DNA from: Xylographa opegraphella
Taxonomy: Eukaryota
Length of the DNA stretch: 61,813 bases
Direction: 5' to 3'
Assembly (NCBI GenBank): GCA_022813865.1
Contig: JALDZX010000043.1
Span: 124,001 to 185,813 of the forward strand
Numbering within the stretch: the stretch's first letter is position 1; each line of letters starts with the position of its first letter. The position numbers and the translations under genes were made by a program. The notes beneath the pieces were generated by a model. The model worked only from the letters and a program-made list of their open reading frames with translations, ran no database searches and was not told the DNA's origin. Shown here piece by piece: positions 26,242-37,987 of the stretch.

Positions 26242-27251
26242 TCCTGCCCCGTGCCGCCGCGCGTCCAATCGTACAGACCGCCTCGCGAGACAAAGCTCTC
26301 CTGGTCCCAAAACACCCTCGCCAACGCGGCCTTGACGCCGACCTGGAGGATCGGCGGCGACGGCTGCCGGCCGTCACGGTCGAGGAAACCCATGTACTCG
26401 TCCAGGATGAGGTACGACTTCGCCATGAGCCGGTTCGGCTCGGCCACGAAGGACTTCTGGCCCCGGTGCCGGGCGCAGAAGCGCTCGTACTGCTCGTCCG
26501 AGATCTGGAACTTGCGCACGTCCCGCAGCGTCGTGGCCGAGTCGTTCTCGCCCGCCACCATGAGCACCTGGAAGCACTTCCACCGGAACGGCTGCAGCAC
26601 CGAGATCCAGCCGTTCATGTCCTCCTCGTGGTTGAGCTGGCAGACCACCGTGTTGAGTTTGAAGCGGATGCCGTACTCAAGGCACCATGCCGCGATCCGG
26701 GTCAGCTTCCGCACGTTGTCGCCACTACCGCGCCCGATGGCGATGTTGGTGGCCTCGTTGAAGGAGTCGCACGACACGGCGAGGATGTCGATGTACGGCC
26801 CGTACTTCTTCAGAAAGGCCTCGTTCACCAGACTGCCGTTCGTCACGATCGACACGGACTCGAGCTGCAGCGTTTCTTTGCAGTAGGCGATCATGTGTCC
26901 GAGGAAGTCCCGGTACAGGAACGGCTCGCCGCCGGCGAAGTTGAGCTTCTTCATCCCTGCTTTGGCGAGGAGGGCCAAGCCGCGTTTGGCTTCTTCCTCG
27001 GGCATTCGGTAGGACGTGGTGGCCGTATGGAAGCAGAAGCCGCAAGTCTTGTTGCATTGGCGGGTGAAGTGGTAGTTGACAGATATGGGCGTGGCGATGT
27101 TTGGTGTGGGAGGTTTGGAGCGACCGGTGGCAATTACAGGACTGCCCTGCCTCCTAAGCGGCTGCCTGCGTATGTACCATCTCCACGAGGCGAACATGAC
27201 TACCACTACCGCGAGCGATGAAATGAAGCCCACATACTGGAGGAGGACCAT
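26214..27251 (-). CDS. RSAD2: Viperin (RSAD2-like radical SAM ddhNTP synthase), 345 aa, intronless, with N-terminal membrane anchor
   Basis: SVNYHFTRQCNKTCGFCFHTA (CxxxCxxC), KKLNFAGGEPFL, SVSIVTNGS, DILAVSCDSF, FKLNTVV, RWKCFQVL..GEN, EPNRLMAKSYLILDEYM, F..RGGLYDW and terminal Trp (VDW*): the full viperin motif set. First ATG is at 27251, followed by the hydrophobic segment VLLQYVGFISSLAVVVVMFASW. Confidence 0.95.
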   Translation of the reverse strand: MVLLQYVGFISSLAVVVVMFASWRWYIRRQPLRRQGSPVIATGRSKPPTPNIATPISVNYHFTRQCNKTCGFCFHTATTSYRMPEEEAKRGLALLAKAGMKKLNFAGGEPFLYRDFLGHMIAYCKETLQLESVSIVTNGSLVNEAFLKKYGPYIDILAVSCDSFNEATNIAIGRGSGDNVRKLTRIAAWCLEYGIRFKLNTVVCQLNHEEDMNGWISVLQPFRWKCFQVLMVAGENDSATTLRDVRKFQISDEQYERFCARHRGQKSFVAEPNRLMAKSYLILDEYMGFLDRDGRQPSPPILQVGVKAALARVFWDQESFVSRGGLYDWTRGGTGQECGGPVVDW

Positions 27252-27648
27252 CTCTTCACAGGGGACTGCTTGTCTACCGGAAAGAGAGGGCAGGGTGAGC
27301 TGTGGAGTAGTGCGAAACAGCAACGTATGGTCCGTTTTCCAGCGGCTCCTGGCTGTTTTAACATCACATTATAAGTAGAGGCAGATGGGTTGTTAAGAAA
27401 AGAACGAGACGTTTGATGCTTTTTCTAGAAGTTACACGGGAGTAGGGATTCCTGCGCATGAGAACGAAGCGGACAGACAGGTTTGCTATCGCGATCGTGC
27501 ATCAGATGAAAACGACAAACAAGTAATTCCACCATAACAAAGGTAGCTCTTGCGAACACATTCCAGCGCAGTTACCAAACCCCGTCCGTCTTTCGCTGAA
27601 GATAGGTGAATACGCTTGCACAACACTTTCGAACTTATTCTAAGCCTC
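27252..27648. promoter_or_regulatory. Putative bidirectional promoter between viperin and the NMP kinase
   Basis: Only 397 bp separate the two divergent ATGs. TTATAA near 27370 and a palindromic ATCGCGAT near 27488. Confidence 0.5.
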
Positions 27649-28431
27649 ATGATTGTGGGAACGAAGCCAGAAGTACATGTATTGATTATAGGTATACAAC
27701 CCTGCTTTGAAAACGCCCGTCTAATTTGTGGTAGGTGCCCCAGCTTCTGGCAAAGGTACGCTTTGCAAGAAGCTTTCGGAGGACTACGGCTTCTACCATC
27801 TTTCTGTGGGCGACCTCATCCGACAAGCACTTAACGATCGAACAAATCACGCTTTAGACGAAGCTCGCGAAGAGGCCATGAAACGCATGAAAGAGGGAAC
27901 GCTACTCGCAACAGAAGTCTTGGTCCCCATCATGACAGCAGAGATTGGCAAGCAAAGATTATCAGGACATCGGCGGTTCCTGATCGATGGCTTTCCCAGG
28001 CGTCTGGACCAAGCGGCTTCCTTTGCTCCTCATGTAGGACGGTCTACCGATGGCGTTGACAAGCATGAGCTGACCACACGCCAAGATGATCAAACCAATG
28101 CTTGTCATCCACGTCCAATGCCCCAGGGATGTAGCTCTGAATCGATATTTGAGCCGTAAACTACCTGGACGACTTGATGATGACGAGGAGTTATTTCACC
28201 GGAGGTATCACCACTACTTGCGACATAACGATGACATCTCGGCGCATTACCGTGCAATGGGTGTTCTTGTGGAGGTTCGGATCAGTCCCTCTGAAACTTG
28301 ATCCAGAAATGTGTGTTGATTGTGCCATGTAGATTGACTCAAGTGGCGATACCCAAAGTACATATGAGCGGCTTGTGCAGCTCCTCAGAGAGCACGAAAT
28401 ATGGAAGATGTTTCATGAAACTGCAGGCTAG
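27649..28431 (+). CDS. Nucleoside monophosphate kinase (adenylate/UMP-CMP kinase family, short LID), 209 aa; exons 27649-27691, 27735-28033, 28086-28274, 28333-28431
   Basis: Three GT..AG introns join into one open frame: VLIIGAPASGKGTLC (P-loop), HLSVGDLIR, FLIDGFPRRLDQA, short LID RYLSRKLPGRLDDDEELFHRR, then VLVEIDSSG...TAG. Confidence 0.9.
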
Positions 28432-28951
28432 CGGCTGTCTCTCAAACCGCTTTAGTGTAGCTGAGTATGATAGAAAAGCACCGCCCTAGCGGATTAAGGT
28501 AAAAGCTCTGGAGGTTGATGAATGTGAATATGATCACCAACCAAAAACCCATGCTGTGTATGAACTGTGAGCTGGTCCGTTCCATCTGAGCCCCTTGTCG
28601 CATTGGCTTCGACTAAAAAGTTTGTGATACTGAAGGAGATCCTTGCCACAAATTCCGCACATGTGTCTCCGTACCCACCATCTTATCACACAAGGCCGAC
28701 TTCCACGATTGTGTACGCAACCGTATGTTTGTATATTGCAGCCTGCTTTTCAAATCAACACATCATAGACCAACTTTCAGTACCAACCCTGTTTCCTGCA
28801 TTGCGTGTTATTGGTGAAGTGACTCACGCTTCCGAAGTCTACGGAGCACTTTCTTTATACTTGCGAAATAACCTCCATACTCTAGTGAACAGAGTTCCCA
28901 TAGATTGAATTCATTCTAAATTTCGGAGAATCCTAAAGCATTGACGTCAAT

Positions 28952-29584
28952 ATGCGACCTGTCATGCCTATTTCAAAAAACAAAATCCTCGAAGTCGAGC
29001 GTAAATTTGTCTGCAATCCACGTACCACAAGCATCATTCATTCAAACAACGGCTTCCCTCGTCTACCAAATCTCACTTTCAAAGGGCGGCACACCTTCGA
29101 AGACATCTATTACGACTTCAACGATGTCTGCTTCTCGCGAGGAATCTGGATACGAAAGCGCAATGGAACATGGCAGGCCAAGATTCGGCGGGGAGGCGAT
29201 TTCACTAATTCACAATTTGACGAAATCGACGGAGCGGAGGATGTTGGAGCTCTGGTGCAGAAGCTGCACGTGGACGCACCTATCAAAGCAGAGAACTTTG
29301 GACTGGACGAACTCGCCAGATTCGTCACCCGAAGAGACGCATGGAAGGTAGCGGATGTCTATGAGGTCGTGGTTGATAATACGGACTTTGGACATTCGGT
29401 TGGTGAGGTGGAGATGCAGCAAACTCTCGAGGCGGATAGTAGGGATGATGGAACCGTTGCCATTCAAATGGATGCCCGAATCAAAGAGTTCATGCAGAAG
29501 CATTCCTGGGCATTCCCTCCAGGTAAAGTCGTAGGAAAGCTATCTGCATATTTCGAATGGGCACGAGCAAACAAAGGTAGTTGA
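28952..29584 (+). CDS. CYTH/triphosphate tunnel metalloenzyme, thiamine-triphosphatase-like
   Basis: LEVERKF (ExExK), FEDIYYD, WIRKRNG.WQAK, VVVDNTDFGHSVGEVE and GKLSAYF match the ThTPase-type CYTH layout. Confidence 0.87.
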   Translation: MRPVMPISKNKILEVERKFVCNPRTTSIIHSNNGFPRLPNLTFKGRHTFEDIYYDFNDVCFSRGIWIRKRNGTWQAKIRRGGDFTNSQFDEIDGAEDVGALVQKLHVDAPIKAENFGLDELARFVTRRDAWKVADVYEVVVDNTDFGHSVGEVEMQQTLEADSRDDGTVAIQMDARIKEFMQKHSWAFPPGKVVGKLSAYFEWARANKGS

Positions 29585-29783
29585 GAAACTCATGGAAGCC
29601 CCCTTCGTCGTTGGGAAGATGGATAGTTAGGCGATTGCAGCTTTTGGTCAATGCAAAGCGCGATGATAACGTAACATAATTCCAGATGGAACACCATGTC
29701 TCCTCCTTTGTCTTCCATCCCAAAATCTCACAAGCGAGGCCTAATAGTGGTTCACAGATTTTGCGAAGATGGAAACGTGCTAC

Positions 29784-32700
29784 TCAATACTCAAAGTCGT
29801 CGTCGACCGCAGGGCCCTTTTGCTTCGTGACACTTTCCTGCTTTCGATACATCTCGACCACCATTCTGCTTCCTGTGGCTTGGTCGGGTTTTTTGTCGTC
29901 CCTCTTCTTGATGAAGCGGGGAAAGCGTAGACTGATTCCTTTGTGAGTTGCATCGTTCAGCACATCACTTCCAGCCTTGTATCGGGGAGACAGGGTCAGA
30001 TCCGCAGTCTTAACCTCCCAAACGAAACGTGGCTCGAACCATACATCTGGTTGGTCTTTATTCACCGATGAATGTGTATAAAACGGTTTGGGGCGGTCGA
30101 TGGTATGTTGTGAGAGCTCTGAGTGAAGATCTTCTAGTATAGCTTCCGAAAAGCCGGTACCTATGTTACAGACCGTCTCATAGGTCTCCTTCGATGCGTT
30201 GAAGCAACCTAAAAGGAATGCACCATATACACGTGTACGCTTGCCTTTACCAAAGTAGGCTCCCAGTACTACTAGGTCTAGAGAATCACCAATTCCCGAC
30301 AAGTAGTCCTTCTTCACCTTTAGCCAGTTTCGAGACCGCTTGCTAGGCTCGTAGCCACTTTCTTCAGTATCCAGCATCTTAATCATCAGTCCTTCACAGG
30401 ACGCTTTGACACTCTCTTCGAGCAAAGTTTGAATTTCGTCGAGTTCCGAGGTGTCGCCATACTGAGCGAAGCGGAACTCGCCCTCTGCTTCGTCAAATGC
30501 CCTTTTAAGAATCTCACGACGCTCGCGCAGCGACTTGTTCACGATAGACTAGCAAATTAGCATGTCCCTTCCAAAGGACGGAAAGCGTACTGACCTCGCC
30601 ATTGTAGAATAGCATATCGAAAGCAAAAACGCAGACTTTGACTTTCACATCCTCGACCTTTACGTCCTTCCGCTTTCGAGTCATGAGTTGTTGAAACGGG
30701 AGAACTTTCTTCTCCACGACATCCCACCCAACAGTCTCACAGTCGAGCACAAAGCTTTTGGTGTCTTTTTTGATCCACGTATCTAGTTTTTCTAGAATAT
30801 CCGGATACTTTTTGGACAAATCTTCAGAGTTTCTGGAAAAAATGGCAGACAACCCTTTCACACCTGTCTTTGAAAGCGGCAGGCTACTTCCGTACTGCTG
30901 TAGCGAGTCTTCTGCGACGTAGTGTATCTGTGCTCGTTCACCATCATATTTGTACTCGCAGGTAAAGTTCTTTCCTTCAAATCGATCAAGGACCTCGGTG
31001 ATAGATTTAGTTGGCTTTGCCAACATAGGCTTCAGCGGCACACCGGGCTGAAGTTTACAGTTCTCTCGTAGATGAAAGATTCCATGCTCTTGCATTGCAG
31101 GGATGATGACTTCGTAATTAGGTAATTCACTAGAGAAATCAGAACTGAGACAGAAAGTGGATCTGTGTAAACACTAACCTATAGACTGTTTTGAGAATGG
31201 CTTCTCCTTTTGCAAGCTGCTCACTGCTTGGAACCTTGGCACCTTTCTCTTCGGTCTCATGTATGACCATTGCATGAGCCAAAGCTACCAAGACAGTCTT
31301 CTCCGCAAGACCAAGCCTTAGTTTTCCTTCCAGGAATCGGATGATGAATTTCGCTTCACTAGCACCACTTTTATCCTTCGTTATATCCACTCCTTTGTTC
31401 CCTTTACCTGCAATAGCAACATCGGCTGCAGAGAGAAGCTTCTTGATGCCATCCACCTTGCGCCCCTGTGATCCGCTGCCTTGTAATATAGCTATACCCA
31501 TGAGGCCATCAAGAACACCCCTTATGGTCAAGGCTTTTGGTTTGAACATTGTTGGCTGGTTAGAACGACTCTTGGCTGCCACGAGTCCCAGATCTCCTAT
31601 CTCGTTTTGATCGGCTTTGATTACTGCCAAGCTCCGGCCCGTGCTTTCCCCAATTGCTTTCATGATCAATGACTCTCCTATGCCAAGCTCAATACCAGCA
31701 TAATCAGCAGCAAGTTTGTTGATCATGAGCTGAACAGTTGGAAGTAGGTCTCGTGGAGTAAGTCTCAGTACCTGCCGAAGAAACAATGAACAATGAGCGG
31801 AAATTATGAGTCGCTTAGTTGTTAGTTCGATTAAGGAAAATGTTGTACATAGAGCTGCGTACGGAACAGGCTCACCAGCTTTCCAATCCGGATATGGATC
31901 TTTACCCTGACTCTTAAGAGTAGACTGCACCTTTTCTCGAGCTTTGGCAGCGACTTCATGCTCCTCGTCGTCCTCCGAGTCTTCATGTTCTTCAGCTTCT
32001 AGGTCGACCTCTACGACGTCTTCGCTTTGAGTTTGGGACAGCTTAGTACGTCGTGCGGACTCCAACGTTATTGTATCCGCTGCATTTTCTGTAGATCGCC
32101 CGCTGCTATCTGCGGATTCCAGGTCAGGTTTCGAACTGAGTTCCTTTTGCTCGGGATACTCTCCCTCAGCTTTATCGTTGGTAGCTGATGTTGTCACCTC
32201 AGTATGTTGGCTCGAACACGATGATTCCTTTGCCGAGGGGGATGCCTCACTGTCAAGGGCATTCTTGATAGGTTGCGTTCGATTGTGTCGATATCTCTTC
32301 CGTACAGGTTCCTCATCCTCGTCATCTTCAACGTCTTTTGTGTGAGTATCTTTGAGCGACTTGGCGGACGGTTTTGCAGTTGTCCCACGTGAGCTCCGGA
32401 CCTTTCGTTTGGAAGTACCGTCGGTCTTGTGGCCTGAACAGAATAACCCAGTTAATGCTTGTGAAGGTAGAGTCATCCTCGTGCGTGAAGTATACGAGTT
32501 ATTTACGACAGATTCTTACCATTTGATCCCGACGTCTTCACAGCTTCCTTTATATCTTCCGTATTTAGACTCGGGATGGGCTTCTTCTCATCTTCGTCCT
32601 CCATCTTCAACTCTTGACCTGGCTCTATTTGCACGTTCGGAGTGGCTTTATCAAGGCTGCCTACGCCATCCACATGTTCATGTTTCAGCTTTTCGATCGC

Positions 32701-32916
32701 CTTCGATGCTTGACTTCGGGGCCTACCGAACGCTAGAGTCGATTGTTGCTTGTGGGCCGAACTCCCGTTCGGATTGGAGAAAAATTTTCTGTCAAACACA
32801 GACCATTAAAACATGAGCTGATTATGGAAGCCTACAGCAGCTATACGCAGGCTCTCCCACCCTAATGTCCGCTGCGATGATTTGACATACCCCAGAGTTG
32901 CTTGCTTCGGCGGCAT
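29784..32916 (-). CDS. CDC9: DNA ligase I; multi-exon
   Basis: MPPKQATLG start, CEYKYDGERAQIH (motif I), FVLDCE, FAFD, EGLMIK, WLKVKKDY, ISLRFPRF and DDDFEY end. Confidence 0.95.
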
Positions 32917-33562
32917 TTTTAACTCGCGAGTCTTCGAAGCATACAGTGTAGTCGAAGTCAACAACTGCTTCGGTAGATGTTCGAGGAGATGTGACGCCGA
33001 GCGGAGTTTGTTCTCCAGGAATGTATATGGCAGACATGAAGTGTACTGAAATAGTGGCTGATCGAAGCTTGTCCTAATCAACCAAGCAGCCACAAGTGCG
33101 GGCTGTTTCTTACCTTGATGCATGCATTGGCGCCTGTATTTTTGATTGTGGATGATGCTGGCAGTTAGTCGTGATGTCGCGTTCAGCCGCGTATTTGGAG
33201 GACCGCGTTCTTAGTAAATAGGTAACGTGATCATGGCATGACGCATCCTAGCCATAAACCCTAAAAGGCGGTTTCAAAAGCGAAGAATACCTGGATACCG
33301 TAGTGATCATGTCTACCTACGTAAGGTAATTATACACTTATCTATGCTGTGACAGGTCGTGTGTCTATCTATTGTTCTCCAGGCAACTCCTTGCCCATAT
33401 CAGACCTACAAACAAAGGAATGCTTCGTAAGATCGGTATCTTGACGCCGGCATGAAAGTCGTCCAGCATTACCTCTACTCGGAGAACTTCATTCAACTTT
33501 ATGCCCTCTCCTTTGTCCTACTATGGACAGACCCAGTGTGCGTTCTTCCAACATGGTGCACT

Positions 33563-35379
33563 TTAAGGTGTACATCTTCCAGTAAATCGCGGGTAAAGGC
33601 AGCAGTCTCTCACCGTATATCTTCCACACAGCCATGCAAGAAATCGCTCAAGTCCAAGCCCGTAGCCACCATGTGGTGATGTTCCATACCTGAGAGACTG
33701 TCAGCATCTGAGAAGTACCATGTGGATTGGGCTGGAACAAACTTGCGCTGGTCCGTGTACCAATAGTATGGCTCTGGATCAATCCCCTCCCTATTATAGG
33801 CAGCAAGAAGCTCATCATAGTCTGTCATGCGCATACTTCCCCCAACAATCTCGCCGACGCCGGGCATAAGGCAATCCACGCTTTCCGTGACACGGAGATC
33901 GTTCTGATCTTTCTGCATATAAAAGGCTTTTATCTCTACAGGAAAATGTGTTAGAAAGATAGGTCGATTGATGATGTCCGTCATTCTTCGCTCGGCAGCT
34001 TCAGCGATATCGTCTCCAAACTTGTGTGTTTCGCCCTCTTCATTCTTGATATCATGTTCCACAAGCCAGTCTATGGCATCTGCGTATTTCATGCGCATGA
34101 AGGGGCGTTCAGGGGCTTTAAAGTCCCTGTTGAGCTCGTAGACAAGTTTCGCAATCTTTACGTCGCCAAGTATTATGTCAATAACACTACACATCACGAC
34201 TTCTAAGTGATCCAGAAGATCATCAAACGTAATGAAATCTAGTTCTGCCTCGATATGGGTGTACTCTGAAAGGTGGCGACGAGTATGGGCCTTCTCTGCT
34301 CGGAAGGACGGTGCAACGCAGAAGACATTGCCAAGAGAAGCCAAACAAGTCTCAAGATACAACTGAGATGATTGGGTAAGGTATGCCTGCTGTCCGTAAT
34401 ACTCCAGGCTGAACAAGGTCGCGCCGCCTTCCACTTGCGTTTGGACCATACAGGGTGGTGTCACCTCCAGACATTGCGGTTTTATCTCTTCGTAACTATG
34501 ACGGAAGGCCCGGAGCACAGCTGCTCGGACTTTCATGACCGATGAAGAGACCTCCCCGCGAAGTACAAGGTGCCGGTTGTCGAGGAGTGTCTGCGGATCT
34601 GAGTCTTTGGCGACTCTGGTAGTTATAGCTTCCTTATCGCCCGCAGCTTTACCTATAACCTCGAAGTAGTCCGCATGTAGTTCCCGATCATCGGGCGCAT
34701 GTTGTTTCGGTGGAACTTCCCACATTTCTCCAAAGATTTGAATAGAAGTCTCCAAGGTGAGGGTCATTGCGTCGTAAGTCTGTACTAAGGGGCCGGTCAG
34801 AACGCATTGAAGAAAACCATAGCCATCTTGGAGTGTAATGAAGATGACGTCTTTCTGGGATCGTAGTCGATGTATGCGTCCGCAGACTCGTACTCTCGAG
34901 CCTCGGCCATCACTATAGTCCACATCGTTCTTGCTATCACCGCTCCGCAATTTCACCAATTTCGGGTCCTTTTCGTTTAGATATATGTGTACTGGTTTTG
35001 GTAGTAGGGGGTCTTGAACAATCTTGACTTTCTTAGCCTCTTCAAGCACCAGCTTCCTCTTGTCAGCTTCCTCTTTTTCTCGAACAGCGAGTTGATCTCC
35101 CCGAGCGGCTTTTCTTTGATGTTGTTCGTAAAGGTTGGTGGCTTTTTTATATGCAGACTTTGTAGCTATTTTCCATTCTAGCCTAGCTGCAGGATCGCCA
35201 TCTTCACTCACTGGTCCAGTCTCGGACTTTCGTGTGAGGTATTGGGATCCGTCAGTGGGTGGATGGTGTATAAAGGCGTAAAGAAGACTTTTGTAGGGTG
35301 AAGAATCAGTACCGTTGGCTGTAGTATCATCTTTTCCAACATCTTCGTCAACGTAGACACTTTTGGATTGGGTTGCCAT
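33563..35379 (-). CDS. DED81: Cytosolic asparaginyl-tRNA synthetase; one intron near 33690-33742
   Basis: [12 protein letters not shown] fold, [66 protein letters not shown] and [11 protein letters not shown]. Confidence 0.95.
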
Positions 35380-37847
35380 ATCTGTTATAATTGCTGACCA
35401 GACCTATACAGGAATGAATTGACTCTTTTGCGTGAACGTTATGAGTCATTGTCATTGGTCAATGGAGACACAAACCGGATCGGTGTATCTATTCGCCGAA
35501 TCGTAGGGGCTGACAGTAGTGATAATCCATCACAATTACAGACAGAGATGACTGACCATGTAAGTCACTGCTACATCAGAAGATTTGTAAAGTTAGAGGC
35601 GCAGGACGATCACTCTGCCAATATGCAAGAGCCGAAAAATGAGTAAAGCAGTCGAATCGATATCGTAAAAGGGAGTCCAACAAGTCAGATCAACCAAGAC
35701 GACTATGACTAGTCTCTTAGGTCGCAGGCAAGAGGCCTATAAGCCGGACTGAATGGTCAGGTCTTCAAGAAGCACAAGTCCAGCAAGAGCTTTTACCAAG
35801 TCGCATGAAGCGCTTCTTCAGGTTTGCTTTTCCGATATTACATATGGATAGCTGATATACTAGATGTGCCAGAGCATCACCGAATGGTTGTCGATGTCCA
35901 ATGTTGAGCTGTACGTCTGAACACATTTTTCTGTTTGCTCTGGTATAGCCGATGAGCCCCGTCGGCTGGAGTAACCCGTCGTGTTGAGAAGCGTCTCACA
36001 TGGGGAGACGCTGCTCATGCTATGCCGGCGCCTTAGATTGGGAGAGTCTCTATACTGTGAGGTACCTTGAAAACCAACATACGCCTGCCGCGAAGTCTTC
36101 TTCGGCGAAGACCTCGTCAATCTGTCTCCGCCAAGGTTGCCATGCATCAAAGACGAGCGGCATAAATAGCACGACGGACGGAGGTATAGCGGCGAGTACT
36201 CCCGAGGCGAAATCTTCAGTTTATATCAGAAAAGCTTCCGTCCAATCGGGCGACGCTGGTCTGAATTCCAGGTAGTGGCATGATTACGAACTGTAACAGT
36301 GGATCCGCCTTGTAACCCGCAAGTACTAGATGTGCTGCGATGTTCGAGGCGCTTATTATCGGTGTTGCTTTCTCAATTTCAATAGTGCAGATTCGTCTAC
36401 TTGCATTGAGGGTCTTCCGCGACGATCTCCATGTCTCAGTATCAGACAATAAACTCACTATAATCGCGTGTCTGGCCTAATAAGGCTTCATGCTAATGTT
36501 TGTTGACGAGTACGCCGACACGCTCAGATGTCGATCCGCTCACATCGTCTGCTCTGTTGTCTACATTGTCGTATCTTGGGCTTGCCATTTGGCCTCACTA
36601 TGGCAGCCTACTAACGTTCCGATTTCTCTGGGAGTCAAGAGGCTGGGCTGTCACAAAGAACGTCCATATGGTAAGCCGTGGTAGCTGTCATCATCACTGG
36701 TGCCCGATCGTGGTCAGTACCTACATAAGGTAAGCTTCCTCTTCTCGTCGGCCATCTTGGACAGGTCCAAACAGGACCCATTGGTTGGCGCCGCCTTCAC
36801 AAATAACCTTGGATGGTGAAGAGTTTCCTGGTTTCTGACTATCTACCCTAATAGAAACCTCGTACTCATAGTGCTTTTTAACGAGGCGTATCGCCAATTG
36901 TGGTTGAAGGCCTCTTCCGTGCACCTACGGCCAACGAGACGTTATGGGAAATTATCGACGAACGTGATTTGGTAATTCGCAGCCCACTATTCTGCTATCG
37001 TCTAAGGTCGAAAATAATGCTATTAAAAAACAACTCGGGAATTTCGGTGGAAACACCGTTCCTCGTCGCTCGCTTTACTTTGAAGGGACAGCTTGGCCTC
37101 TTACCTCTCACTTATGAAGACTTTGTTAGAGCCATCAGTGTGACCTTGACCGTCCTGTCTAAGAAGTTTTATGAAATTCACACCTTGGAGATCGGCTTCA
37201 CGTTTCCGCACAACGGGGGTTAGATCGGTCATTACTATTACACTGCGTTGGTAAAGTCATTGTTAAGGCTTTCGTCGGAATACAAAGAGCTTCGGACTCA
37301 CGGTTAATAAACGTCGGCAATCCGATCTTGCTCGACGTTACAACGCTTCTAGACTTCTATGCTACAGCGATGGAGACTTTGCGCTGGGCTCTCAAGTGGC
37401 AGACCTTACTGGCCGTGTGCCAGCCATTTTCTTGCTTCCCTAAACAAGCCTTTATTTATTGGTCTCTGGATCGCTTCAATTAAACATTTCACGATTTGAC
37501 ACTGTTGGTGACAGTGCTCTATAAGTTGCGAATCTGTAGGTCTTCTGCGTATATACTTCGTGTACCGTGCACAACGATAGAAAATTGACCATGTCTAGGA
37601 CCGAGCTAGTGATCTCAACGTTCAGACCCACATGATACTGCAACGACTGCTTATTCAAAGTTTACCGATATGAACCCAATCATTTACGCACGTTGAATAG
37701 TCAAGACGCTTCTAACATCTCAATCTACTCCAGCCTGCATATAAAAGCGCTGATAGAACATAATATCAGACAAAGTCCAGATGAATGACAGCAGCTTTGT
37801 GGCACTGGTCAAAACACCAGATTCGGCAAGTGAGTTGGCGGCTAAAG

Positions 37848-37987
<140 letters not shown>

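Noticed and set aside
27252..27323. 24-aa N-terminal extension of viperin in the ORF track
   Set aside because: It begins at a non-ATG codon; the first ATG (27251) directly precedes the membrane anchor.
16724..27323. Many long overlapping or antisense ORFs over the hydrolase, OPT and viperin genes (e.g. 21388..22875 -, 26466..27221 +)
   Set aside because: Shadow frames expected from high GC3; no recognisable motifs.
28275..28332. TPP-riboswitch-like words (CCCT..GAAACTTGATC) in kinase intron 3, tempting given the ThTPase-like neighbour
   Set aside because: No CTGAGA element, no GCGNAGG 3' strand, and the intron is too short for the aptamer.
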